Shown: positions 14,105 to 26,510 of the stretch, piece after piece
Position numbering within the stretch: position 1 is the first letter of the stretch
How the letters are laid out: each line of letters begins with the position of its first letter
From: Octopus vulgaris
Taxonomy: Eukaryota
Direction of reading: 5' to 3'
NCBI GenBank assembly: GCA_951406725.2
Contig: OX597832.1
Coordinates: forward strand, 46,500,001-46,564,000
Length of the DNA: 64,000 nt
Position numbers and translations under genes: made by a program
Notes under the pieces: model-generated
Told to the model about the DNA's origin: nothing
Seen by the model: only the letters and a program-made list of their open reading frames with translations
The model's database searches: none

Positions 14105-14500
14105 GGATAAACTTACTTAGATAAACTTAGATATGTTTCGACCAAAGATTGGTCCAGGCCATGTCTAACTTAATAGCACCACCTGATAGGATTATTCGAA
14201 TCCTGTTTAAGTCGAGTTTTGTTTAAGTCGAGTTTTGTTCAAGTAGTGAGTTCTTGTTGGGTGAGTTGTATCAAGTTTTGTTCAAGTAGTGAGTTCTTGT
14301 TGGATGAGTTGTATCCAATTATGGGTGGCTTATCTGGTATTCTTTGAAGGAATCTATCCAGACTCCGTTTAAAGTTGATGGTATCCTTTTCCTCTTTGAT
14401 CTCCCTCGGGACAATGTTAAATAGGGCAGGGCCTGTTGAGGAAAAGAAATTATGTTGCAGTGTACGTGTATATTGTGATCTTGAATTGGGCAGGGGACGT
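14105..14500 (-). mobile_element. 3' end of a CR1-group non-LTR retrotransposon (ORF2 C-terminus, 3'UTR stem-loop, short tandem tail)
   Basis: NFFSSTGPALFNIVP..FKRSLDRFLQRIPDKP..GY..NSL motif; hairpin GACCAA-tct-TTGGTC; CTAAGTTTAT repeats. Confidence 0.8.
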
Positions 14501-14691
14501 ATGATTTTTTTTATATATATCATTTGTGTAATATATACAATTTTACACCATTTTGTGTTAAAACACTTTGTTAAGAAAGTTAACAATTGAGATTAGTGTA
14601 AATCAATGTCAATACGAGGGTATACACGAGTCAAGGAGGATAAAGGTATATAAACGAGTCAAGGAAGATAAGATATTTACATGAGAGAATG

Positions 14692-14845
14692 TAGACCGAG
14701 GGGACAAAAAAGGATAGACAAAGGGATTAAGTCGATTATGTCGACCACAATGCGTAACTGGTACTTAATTTATCAACCCCGAAAGGATGAAAGGCAAAGT
14801 CGACCTCGGCGGAACTTGAACTCAGAACGTAACGACAGACGAAAA
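14692..14845 (-). mobile_element. SINE family B fragment
   Basis: Reverse complement of the Deu/Nin-like domain. Confidence 0.85.
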
Positions 14846-15814
14846 CTCTATTTCACGAAGCAATGAGGATAGTGGTGCATGAGTCAATAAGGATAAGAGC
14901 ACATACACGAGTCAAGGAGAATACACGAATGTACAGGACCTAATGAAGATAGGCCTTCATTAAGGATCGAAAACCTATAACTAGCAGCCAAATATCCTTC
15001 AATTTGGAACCTAACGTCGAGAAATAATAAAGACTCAGTGTAGAAAGTAGTGTCATGTAAACAAATAGTCGTGATGGCCATGACTGGAGTATCGTGATTT
15101 GAGATAACAGGAGAGAAATATATTAGCGTAGATGATATTTTGAGGATATGTGTCGTTTCGAGCAGCGATTTATCGTTGTTATATTTCATTTCAGCGTTTG
15201 GGAGTTTAGTGCAAAAGAGACAATGCGTTGGAGAAAGATAGCAGATGCAATCTATTTAATTTTCCTGAGGCAACTGAGAACATGTGTTGATTTGATGTAT
15301 CATTTTGATATATGAAACCGTTGCACTCGCTTTTGCTTCATTGTTGAAGTTATCAGAAGATTTAATGAACACGTTCATTAATGAAGTTTGAAATTACGAA
15401 TGAGAAAAGAAAGTAAAACATAAAAGTATGTAGTAAAATATTATAAGGAAAATAGATATAGAGAAAAACAAAAACAAGAGCGATGATTAGAAACAAAGAC
15501 GATAAACAAGTGGCAGAAAGAATGTTTTTTTCAAAAATAACTATAAGAAAATTCACAGAAAGAAAAAAAAAAAAGTAATGAATAAAGAAATTGTTTTAAA
15601 AAAATCAATAAAGAAAAGCACATAGAGAGGCTAATTACGTTCCAATGATTAAAGAAGCCATCTGAGAAACGAAGATATAGTGATCAGAATATTCGATAGT
15701 TTGGACAATTTTTAGTTGCTCATATGATAAACTTGATACGAAAGGTCGTATCAAGTTTATCGTGATTATAATTATTATTATTATTATTGCTGTTGTTGCT
15801 GTTGTTGATGTTGC

Positions 15815-15849
<35 letters not shown>

Positions 15850-15850
<1 letters not shown>

Positions 15851-16287
15851 CTTACTTTTCAGAGCGATCGGTCTTGTTTGTTCTGGTTGGTTCCGTGAGA
15901 GCGGGCAGTAAGTAGCCTGTTGTCAGAGGCTTCATAGGGTCTCTTTCCGCCCATCAAGATCTTTGATAATTAATTGATTGTCAATTATCGTGGAAGATAT
16001 TCAATACCCAAGTACCAGTCCCCAAATCCTAGCTGCCCAGCAGAGCACTTTAGGGGAAGGGGGTCTTGCTCTGCTCTCATGTCAATTCCGATTTCTTTGA
16101 CATATTTCACGAATTTGGTTGCTAATACTCTGCGTACCCTGGCAACCATTAGGATAACAGACACTCTCTTCATAGTCAACATTCTCATAATTTCGCCTTT
16201 CAATAGTCTGTACGTTTCCATCTTTTCTAGTTCTTTGTCACTTATGCGCGTATAATCTTGGTTTTCTTGTTTCCTTTATCTAATACA

Positions 16288-16288
<1 letters not shown>
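15850..16288 (-). mobile_element. R4/Dong-like REL retrotransposon 3' fragment
   Basis: RISDKELEKMETYRLLKGEIMRM..KFVKYVKEIGIDMRAE resembles the REL endonuclease C-terminus; 3'UTR ends in (AAC)n. Confidence 0.75.
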
Positions 16289-16359
<71 letters not shown>

Positions 16360-16360
<1 letters not shown>

Positions 16361-16595
16361 TATGTTTGACTTTTGCTTTATATTTGTACAAGTTGGCTCC
16401 AAGTCTCTACCCAGAGACCTCAAGAGACAACAGGGTTGGAAGTTCATGTTGTTGTTATGCCTAGTGTGCCATATATTTGGGGGGTGGGGGTGTTGTACTA
16501 ATGAATGTCTAAAAAAAGTTTTTTTTTCTTTTTATAAACCGAAAATTATGTTTGTTTTAAACCTTGAGATTACATAGAAAGTATTTTGCGTAGGA

Positions 16596-16597
<2 letters not shown>
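16360..16597 (-). mobile_element. R4/Dong-like 3' end, second family
   Basis: ILRKILSM-stop plus 3'UTR, flanked on both sides by (AAT)n. Confidence 0.7.
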
Positions 16598-16668
<71 letters not shown>

Positions 16669-16671
<3 letters not shown>

Positions 16672-16845
16672 TAGTTTTATTTTTATAGCGTGCTTTCACT
16701 TCACTGCCGAGCGCAGCTCTGTGTGCCTTGGGTATGTGCTGTGATTTGTTTGTGATGCTCTGATTGATGGTTATTGTATGGAAAGTGCTCTGCGTAGGAT
16801 GTGTGCAGTGCCTAGTAGTGCAATTTTCTGTATGTTATATGTGTT
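16669..16845 (-). mobile_element. R4/Dong-like 3' end, third family
   Basis: YNIQKIALLGTAHILRRALSIQ-stop, the characteristic QKxxLLGTAxILR terminus, then 3'UTR and (AAT)n. Confidence 0.85.
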
Positions 16846-16855
16846 TGTAATTTTA

Positions 16856-16937
<82 letters not shown>

Positions 16938-17798
16938 CATTATTATTATTATTATTATAGTTTTAGTGTTGTTTTTGTTGTTGTTATTAATATATATTTG
17001 CTACGGAGTAGTACAGACGTAGTTCGGAACGCGCTTTGTGTCTCTCAGTTATAATTGATGTTTTCACACTTTTGTTATCGTTTTACGTGCTAAATTCTTG
17101 TTCAAATTTGTTAAGAAGAATACCAGAAATCTCTTGGCTGCTGTCGTGTGGTTGCTTTTGCCGCGAAACGTGCAATAGTTTGCTTTCATAGAACACCCGT
17201 CTAGTTTTTTTTTTTGTTTTTCTAAAAAGCAAATCATATACAAGACAGAGTCATTAAATGCCGTCACAGGAGCATCGAAGGTGAGAAACATTTCTCCCAA
17301 TAGTCTTCCTACTGATGAAGACTTCCCACCCCTTCTGTCACCAACTCGCCGAAGTTTAGTATTACTTTGTTTATTTTTTCCCAGTGCTTTTCCGCAGCTA
17401 TTTTTCAATGATTTCCCCAACGACTTCTCGGCGAGGTTATAACCATGAACCGAATGTCCTGACCACAAACGATTTTGATAAAGCGGTACATACGCTTACT
17501 ACACGATCATTGACAGACACGAACAGACACACCATGTGACGTTAATGAAAATGTTATACCACTATGCTAACTTCAAAAAACAATGATCTTTGATAACGTA
17601 TGACAGCAATTTTATAATCAATATTTTGTTGTCTCAGAATAAATCTGCTTATTGATATTCTCATTAAATACATCTATTAAAAGTCAGTTACGGTTGTTAA
17701 TAGTTTCATTTCTTTGAAGGTAGGATCCTAGTTTTCAATTCACTTATGCTTTCAACCCCACCTATTTGCCTCTCTTTCTCTCTCTCGCTCTTTCTCCA

Positions 17799-17877
<79 letters not shown>

Positions 17878-17878
17878 A

Positions 17879-17911
<33 letters not shown>

Positions 17912-17912
<1 letters not shown>

Positions 17913-18150
17913 ACGGGAAGCTTTATGAAAATAAACAAAAGACGAAGGTAGGTGGAATACAAACAAACGATTGTATTAGTATGGCGCTCAGGAATATAAA
18001 TAAAACAAGTCTTTTACGTTTCGAGCCTACGCTCTTCAACAGAAAGATACACAGAAAAGAAACACGGAGAGAAACAAGGAGAGAAAAAAAATGCGTGCAG
18101 AAGCTAGCGAATCAACATGGCGATCTGATTCCGGCCAGAAGTCAAGACTG
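17912..18150 (-). mobile_element. Penelope-like pLTR fragment, family P1 (HHR-like motif 18010-18047)
   Basis: Minus strand UCUUU CUGUUGA A GAGC guag GCUC GAAAC GU A AAAGA; abuts (CTAT)n. Confidence 0.65.
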
Positions 18151-18373
18151 TCTGTCTCTCGCTTTCTCATTGCGAAATCTTGATAACCACGTTATTCGAG
18201 ATGACAAAGCGAGGTGTCGATGATCAAATGCCACATCATTCAATGAGTTTGATGTCCGAAAGAATATTATATATTTTTTAACCTAGCTGGCATCAATGTC
18301 GTGGTTAAGACACGCTTAGAGTTATTCAAAGAAATTTGTATATATATCTTTGAAATATATAAAGAAATGAGTA

Positions 18374-18780
18374 AGGTGGTGAACTGGCAGAAACGTTAGC
18401 ACACCGGGCGAAATCCTTATTGGTATTTCGTCTGCTGTTACGTTCTGAGTTCAGATTCCGCCGAGGTCGACTTTGCCTTTCATCCTTTCGGGGTCGATTA
18501 CATAAGGACCAGTTACGCACTGGGGTCGATATAATCGACTTTGTCCGTTTGTCTGTCCTTGTTTGTCCTCCCTGTGTTTAGCCCCTCGTAGGTAGTAAAG
18601 AAATAGATATTTCGTCTACCGTTAGGTTCTAATTCCGCCGAGGTCGTCTTTGCCTTTCATCCGTTCGGGGTCGATAAATTAAGTACCAGTTACGCACTGG
18701 GGTCGATATAATTGTCTTAATCCGTTTGTCTGTCCTTGTTTGTCCCCTCTATGTTTAGCCCCTTGTGTGCAATAAAGAAA
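18374..18780 (+). mobile_element. SINE family B, head + 2 tandem body units
   Basis: Body repeated head-to-tail. Confidence 0.9.
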
Positions 18781-19260
18781 AAAACAAATGAATATATTTT
18801 CATTCTGATCCTACATCAGTACTCTACTAACATTGACGTTACACTCCGTTACCTCGCCACATAACTAACGCATCTGTCGGCCAATGTCTCTGTTGTTAGA
18901 CGCTTTTGATGGCCGTCGCTGCTAAATAATAACGCCAGTCGTATACTCTTGCTCTATGTTTCTTTTGATTTGCACTTAATAGCGCTTTCTGTAACTACAA
19001 CCAAATTTGTCTGGTCGTCTTGCCGTCTGATTTTCTTATAACTATATTTATTGCTCACGTAAGAAAGGGAACATATTTATTCAGTGTATGCACATATATA
19101 AATAAACATAATACGCACACGCACACACACACGCGCACAAACACACACACACTTATGTACATATATGTATGTAGGTAGATACATTAACACACATATATCT
19201 ATATATGCATTTCTATATCTCTGTATGCGTATATATTTGTTTATATATACATACATACAA

Positions 19261-19295
<35 letters not shown>

Positions 19296-19366
19296 CAGAG
19301 AGAGAGGGGGGAGAAAAAAAGGAGGGAGACAGAATGATGCAAATACACATATAAAACTCGTCTTTA

Positions 19367-19423
<57 letters not shown>

Positions 19424-19930
19424 GTAAACACACATATATATACATATAGATACATATATACATATAGATACACACACCCACATACACACTCACGCACACA
19501 CACACACATATATATGTATATACATATACATGTACACATATTTGTATATATATATATATATATAAATATATAAATATATATATATGTATGTATATATGTA
19601 TGTATGTATTCCTATTATATACATATATATGAGTTTGTGTATATGCGCGCCTATGTGCGTCGAAATATATTTATATTGTTATATTGTTTTCAGTCATTAC
19701 ATCACGACAATTCCGGATCACCATCTTCAAGAGATTGTGTCAAACATATCGACCTCACCACATATTCTCAGTCTGCGATTTAGCTTATCGCTGAATGCCT
19801 TATCCAATCGATAGCTGGATTCTTTTTTAGCCAAAATAGCGGATTTAATATCGATCAACGTAAACGAAGACATGGCGACAGACAGCCACGAACATAACTT
19901 CAGATACATACGACGAATGTATGTGTGTAT

Positions 19931-20009
<79 letters not shown>

Positions 20010-20430
20010 TGTGTATGTGTGTGTGTGTATGTGTGTTTGTGTCAGTGTGTGTGTGTGTGTATGCGTGAATACCGATATAGACAGATATTCGTGCGTATAT
20101 GTAAATATATAGTATATATGAGTCGCCTAGATTGACCGCTAAATCCACAAGTTTTTTTAAATTTTTCATTCTCCCTGTTTTAATTCCTCGTGTTCCTCAT
20201 TGGAGATTCGATCCCTTCCCTAATCTTCGGATGTTTAGTCGCATATACAACAGCTCCTGTTGGAAACGTGAACTGTAAAATTAATGTTTTTCAACTTATC
20301 GTATTTCGAAACGGGAAAAAAATCACAACCATCTGCATCAATAAATCACTATTGTTCGTGATAGTTGTTTTTATATCTTCCTATATATTGAAGCTTACTA
20401 ACTCCTTACACCTTGATTCTTGGGTCTTAC

Positions 20431-20468
<38 letters not shown>

Positions 20469-20492
20469 TAGTACTCTTTTGATTCCACCCAC

Positions 20493-20552
<60 letters not shown>

Positions 20553-20558
<6 letters not shown>

Positions 20559-20770
20559 ATCCAAACAAGAAAACACAGAAAAAAAGAGAGAAAAACACAG
20601 CAATGCAGGACGTGGAACAATTAAAGTATCATTGACGCTCAGGAAAGAAGGGAAGGAGGGTTTAACGTTTCGAGCGGAGCTCTTCGTCGGAAACAAGGAG
20701 AAGGAAAGATCCCAAGGAGGGAAGACAGAGGAAAAAATATTTGACCTGGTGGTGCTCAAGAGATCACATG
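20553..20770 (-). mobile_element. Penelope-like pLTR fragment, family P2 (minimal HHR 20660-20694)
   Basis: Minus strand GUUU CCGACGA A GAGC ucc GCUC GAAAC GU U AAAC; related copies at 33361, 35676, 53408. Confidence 0.7.
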
Positions 20771-20802
20771 TTGAAAAATATATATATATATATATATATA
20801 TA

Positions 20803-20950
20803 ACAATTGCAGCGTGGAAAGTGTTTATAAGCCATTTAAGAAACACACAAAAACCGTTAGTTTCATTTCAACATTTAAATTTAATTTGTCAAAATATTTT
20901 TCTCGCTTTGAGACCGCGTCCTGTTCACTGACAAAAACTTCGTGCTATGC
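20803..20950 (-). mobile_element. Penelope-like fragment, family P3 (G3-C8 HHR variant 20885-20935)
   Basis: Same sequence as 32368-32498 in opposite orientation; 7-bp stem I UUUGUCA/UGACAAA. Confidence 0.6.
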
Positions 20951-20965
20951 AAATATACATTTCCG

Positions 20966-21114
<149 letters not shown>

Positions 21115-21235
21115 TGCCTGCTCGCTTAGCCAGCGGGGTGGCGTCATTCGAAGACTAAAACAATGCGAACGCATTGTGACCAACGATGTGTAACTACATC
21201 TGATGGACTGGTCGGTCACGTGATATCAAGTGATA
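21115..21235 (+). mobile_element. SINE family C tail type 2 (5' truncated)
   Basis: Matches tails at 32830 and 37405. Confidence 0.8.
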
Positions 21236-21835
21236 TATATATGTGTGTGTGTGTGTATATATATATGTATATATATATTGACATACTAACATTAGTTAGA
21301 GCGATATAGATCTATGCATTTATGACAGGCCTTATACTGAGAGTCAATAAAACATATATCTAAACGTTTACCTACATTTAATTACGTTCATATAAATACA
21401 GTTAAGCGGAACTGACGAAGAAGCACATTGACGTAAATAGATCTGTATATTTTCGTAGTCTCAGTAAAATTTAAAGCGGATTTATTCCACATGAAGATTC
21501 CACACCAATAGTCTCCTCTGAGTTAATATTTAATTAATCCACTGCCAGTTTCTTATTACCTATACAAAAGAGTAGCCTTATCTCTCGCCATTTAATAAGC
21601 TAATAATTTAATTAGGGAATTGTTAAAACAGAATAAAAATATCTGGTATTTACAGGTATAGAAATAAATACATAGATGTAGTTTTGTGTATTAATTTTCA
21701 TATATTTACTCAGTAACTTAAAAGCCGCAGTCCGTGCGGACATTTAAGATAGCTCCCGAGGAGAGCTAATTGGTCCTGGACCCAAAACTAAGAAGAGCTA
21801 GAGATTATGACTATAATCACTGAGCCGTTGCGCCT

Positions 21836-22650
21836 CCATCTTTCAAAATATACTTTTGGTTTATTGGCATATGAATGATGTTTGGATTCAAGATGTCTTT
21901 TTAATTTTGAAGGTTTCATTAATCTCCACAGTCAAAACATTATTGCAAATGAAACAGAGGGGTTGCTCCATACCATCGCTATTATTAAAAGTAAAGCCAT
22001 CGTATTTTTTTTTCGCATCTTAGGTGCGTCTCTCTAATTACTAGGTCCTGTTTGAACATACTATGTAGCATCGCCATCTCCGATATTATTTTTGTTACTC
22101 AATTTCAGCCATTTATCCATGAGTAAAAATATTTTTATTTGGAAATATCAATAAAAGAACGTTTCATAAAATAATTATTATGAAATTGTTTAAATAAATA
22201 CCAACCTCAATCGAATAAAATAGTAGCAGGCGTTGTTATTTATACACTTAAGGTGAACACTATCATCTAACTACACTGAAAATACATACGATGTGACTGC
22301 ACAAGTCGCAACGGCGACTCGTGCTGTGACATCTTGGGATGTAACTTCTCCGATGACAGCGCTTCAAAATATGATGAAGCGCTGGGTTTTGAAATACAAG
22401 TCTCAGGTCTCGTTCTCAACACAGGTTTCCTCAAAGTGTGACATGTTTGTGCTAAGCTTCCTTGTGTCTGTGGGTCCTCATCAATGACAGCATTTAAAAA
22501 AATGTTCTGTAACGATGGCGCATCACGTAAAGTATTGTGCGTTTGTGAAATAACATATAAACAGAAATTCAAGTGTTTAAATTTAATTTTCGTGACCCCC
22601 ATCATTTCACTTGGCGACTCCAAATGGATTTGTGACCCATAGTTTAAGAA
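21836..22650 (-). pseudogene. hAT (Charlie/Buster-type) transposon fossil, 5' end + transposase N-terminus
   Basis: Minus strand, broken frames: MDKWLK..GFTF..CFICNNVL..MKPSKLKRHLESKHHSYANKPKVYFER (BED-finger region); CTTAAACTATGGGTCAC..GGGGGTCACGA subterminal motif near 22650. Confidence 0.8.
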
Positions 22651-22667
22651 GCGCCGTGATAGAATAT

Positions 22668-22870
22668 GGCGGCGAACTGGCAGAATCATTAGCTCGCTGT
22701 GTCAAGCGCTTCGCGGCATTTCGTCCGTCTTTACGTTCTGAGTTCGAATTCCGCTTGGGCCAATTTCGCCTTTCATCCTTGATCAATACAATAAATTTCT
22801 AGTTATTTTCCTAATCGATTTATCTCCTCCACCGAACTTGCCGAGCCTAGTGTTAAAGTTTTAAATCAAT
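22668..22870 (+). mobile_element. SINE family B, diverged monomer
   Basis: GGCGGCGAACTGGCAGAATC head and B-box. Confidence 0.8.
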
Positions 22871-23429
22871 ATCATATAACAGAACACATCTTATTTTGTT
22901 GTTAGTGTTATTCTTTTCTGACGACGTACTATATCTAATTGTACAATAGTTAAGAATCTCTTGAGGAAATATATAAAGAGTATCGTTGCAGACAAAGTAG
23001 CTCTCTCTCTCTCCTGCCACAATAGAAACAGAATGGCATTTTATCGTCTCTCGACAAAATAAACAATAATTACTTCGTCACATAGCAAATGACTTTGTTA
23101 GTATACTTATTTATATTCTTCAGTTTTGTTCCAATTTGGCACGCCATTAGCTTCTTACAGACATGATGAGACAATATTTTTTCGAACTAAACAAACACTT
23201 ATATGCTTGTTAGCTTATTTACATTTACGATGCCGGAACATATAAATACAAGATATGTAAATATAACACGCTATTTACACAAAATTTATTGTTCCTAGAC
23301 TCTAAGCTGTATGTAAATACCAAAGGAGGCGTTGTACGCGCAATCCAGAATACTAAATCAGATATAAGAACACTCGTCTCGTCACTACACTTACATAAGT
23401 ATTTTTCTATGAACGACAGCTTATTTTCT

Positions 23430-23836
23430 GGGTTGGCTGTGTGGTAAGTAGCTTGCTAACCAACCACATGGTTCCGGGTTCAGTCCCACTGCGTGGCATC
23501 TTGGGCAAGTGTCTTCTGCTATAGCCCCGGGCCGACCAAAGCCTGGTGAGTGGATTTGGTAGACGGAAACTGAAAGAAGCCTGTCGTATATATGTTTATA
23601 TATATAAGTGTGTGTGTGTGTGTATATGTTTGTGTGTGTGTGTTTGTCCCCCTAGCATTGCTTGACAGCCGATGCTGGTCTGTTTACGTCCCCATCACTT
23701 AGCGGTTCGGCAAAAGAGACCGATAGAATAAGTACTGGGCTTACAAAAGAATAAGTCCCGCGGTCGATTTGCTCGACTAAAGGTGGTGCTCCAGCATGGC
23801 CGCAGTCAAATGACTGAAACAAGTAAAAGAGTAAAG
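23430..23836 (+). mobile_element. SINE family A
   Basis: Near full-length copy. Confidence 0.92.
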
Positions 23837-24547
23837 ATAGTTAATGTGAGTTTGAATTTCCATATAATTTCTTTATGTAGACGGTGCTTTTCATAACTCA
23901 GTGATTTATATATTAAGTACGAGCACTAATCTTGTATCGATTTTATTTTTATATTTAATGAAACTGTATGAAGGCATTGTGGTGTGATCGTACTGTCAGT
24001 GGCATTAATTAAATTTTATATTACCGGACAAACCTCTCATTGTTTCTTCAGCTACAGTTCCAGGTGAAAATTTGCCGCATATCGATCACATTCATAAACT
24101 TAGTATATTTAAATCAAATACGGATTATTAAATGTACGCAAATATTTTAATATGTTCAAGAAATCAATGGACGAACGCCACGATATCTGTAGAGTGAAAT
24201 TGTTGCGTGGTCAATGATCAGTGATGATATTTCTCTGTCACATTTGAACGCCCATTAGGTATGTAAGCAAATATAAATACACATACACACACATATATGT
24301 ATAATTATGTGCATGCGCTTGTGTATAATTATATGTGTACGCATGTATGTATATATATGCGTGTCTGTGTCTCTTACCTTTCAGCTATTATACTGCGGCC
24401 ATGCCTTCAGAATCTTTTACAAAGCCGTTAAATTTCGAGGATGTAAACATAAAAACATCGGCTGTGAAGCAGTGATAGTGGACAAACACACACATATACA
24501 CTTATATTTTTCATTATATAAGTCTTCATCTCTCTCTATATATTTCC

Positions 24548-24624
<77 letters not shown>

Positions 24625-25060
24625 TATGTGCATCATTGTATGTTATTGTGCGCGTGAATGGGTGCATGTATATATGAATGTTCGTTCTGCGGCGAGGAAT
24701 TACTACGCAGTCACAGACGGCAATGGATGTAAGAAGTTTCATTAATTTTAGGATACAAAATAAAAAGATGATTTTACAGCCGTTATTTACCTCGTTCCAT
24801 ATATCACTGATATAGATTTTTGTCATGTATCCATTCAAAGTCGATATAATACAAAATATGCAACAATATACTTAATTATAATATTTCCTACAAATCGGCA
24901 ATGTGTACAACAGGTATAGAACATTGTCGTTTAAATTGAAAATGAAATCTGTACAGATGATATACATCTCATAAAAATTCATTCTTATGTAGCAAGGAAA
25001 TACGGTTTCTTTACTTTAATATCTAGCAGGTGCACGAAGATAACCGCAAGTAATAGGATG

Positions 25061-25114
<54 letters not shown>

Positions 25115-25247
25115 GCAACACTAATAAATGCAATTAATATTATTATTATTTTGTTTTCTACTTTCTTTCCTTCTCTTTGTATGAAACATTAACGTTTCTT
25201 TAAATTACACTTCGCAATTAATATTATTAATATTTTTTTTTATCATA

Positions 25248-26245
25248 GGCGGCGAGCTGGCAGAAACGTTAGCACGCCAGGCGAAATGCTTATTGGTATT
25301 CCGTCTGTCTTTACGTTCTAAGTTCAAATTCCGCCGAGGAGGACTTTGCCTTTCATCCTTTCGGGGTTGATAAATTAAGTACCAGCTACGCACTGGGGTC
25401 GAGATAATCGACTTAATACCTATGTCTGTCCTTGTTTGTCCCCTCTGTGTTTAGCCCCTTGTGGGTAATAAAGAAATAGGTATTCCGTCTGTCTTTACGT
25501 TCTAAGTTCAAATTCCGCCGAGGAGGACTTTGCCTTTCATCATTTCGGGATCGATTAAATAAGTACCAGTTCCGCCCTGGGGTCTATGTAATCGACTTAG
25601 TCGGTTTGTCTATCCTTGTTTGTCCTCTCTGTGTTTAGCCCCTTGTGGACAATAAAGAAATAGGTATTTCGTCTGCCGTTACGTTTTGAGTTCAAATTCC
25701 GCCGAGGTCGACTTTGCCTTTCATCCTTTCGGGGTCGATAAATTAAGTACCATTTACGCACTGGGGTCGATGTAATAGACTTAATCCGTTTGTCTGTCCT
25801 TGTTTGTCCTTTATATGTTTAGCCCCTTGTGGGCAATAAAGAAATAAGAATCGTTAGCACTCTGGGCAAAATGCATAGTGGAATTTCGTCTGTTTTTACG
25901 TTCTGAGTTCAAGTTCTGCCGAGGTTGACATTGTCTTTCCATAAAACAAGTACTACTTGAACACTGTGATCGATGTAATCGACTTATTCCCTTCCCCAAA
26001 TTTGATGGTCTTGAGCTAAAATTCGAAACTAATATCTCTTTTTGATAGGCGATCCGCTGGTAGAATCGTTAGCACACCAGACGAAATGTTTAGCCTCATT
26101 TCGTCCGTCTTTACGTTCTGAGTTCAAATACCACCAATGTCGAACTTGCTTGTCATCCCACCAGTGTGGATAAAACAACTATCAGTTGATGACATACCTT
26201 CCATCGAACTTGCTGGCCTGGTGCCAAAATGCGAAATCAACATTT
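25248..26245 (+). mobile_element. SINE family B cluster (head + 3 tandem ~184-bp units + 2 diverged monomers)
   Basis: AAAGAAATA|GGTATT junctions at ~25479 and ~25663. Confidence 0.9.
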
Positions 26246-26272
26246 CTTTATCATATGGATGAACATTTGCTA

Positions 26273-26510
26273 CAGGCGTTGGAGTGGCTGTGTGGTAAGT
26301 AGCTTGCCTACGAACCACATGGTTCCTGTTCAATCCCACTGCGTGGCACCTTGGGCAAGTGTTTTCTACTATAGCCTCAGGCCGACCAAAGCCTTGTGAG
26401 TGGATTTGGTAGACGGAAACTGAAAAACGCCCTTCTTATATATGCATATATGTAGTCGGTAAGCAGGCTACTTACCACACAGCCACTCCTGTACCTACTC
26501 ACCACACAGT
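26273..26510. mobile_element. family A 5' half followed by an inverted copy of its own head
   Basis: Head at 26273 (+); GCTACTTACCACACAGCCACTCCTG at ~26467-26491 (-). Confidence 0.8.

Noticed and set aside
17064-17468. 134-aa ORF and a CUGAUGA at ~17310
   Set aside because: No protein motif recognised; no paired stem II or GAAA downstream
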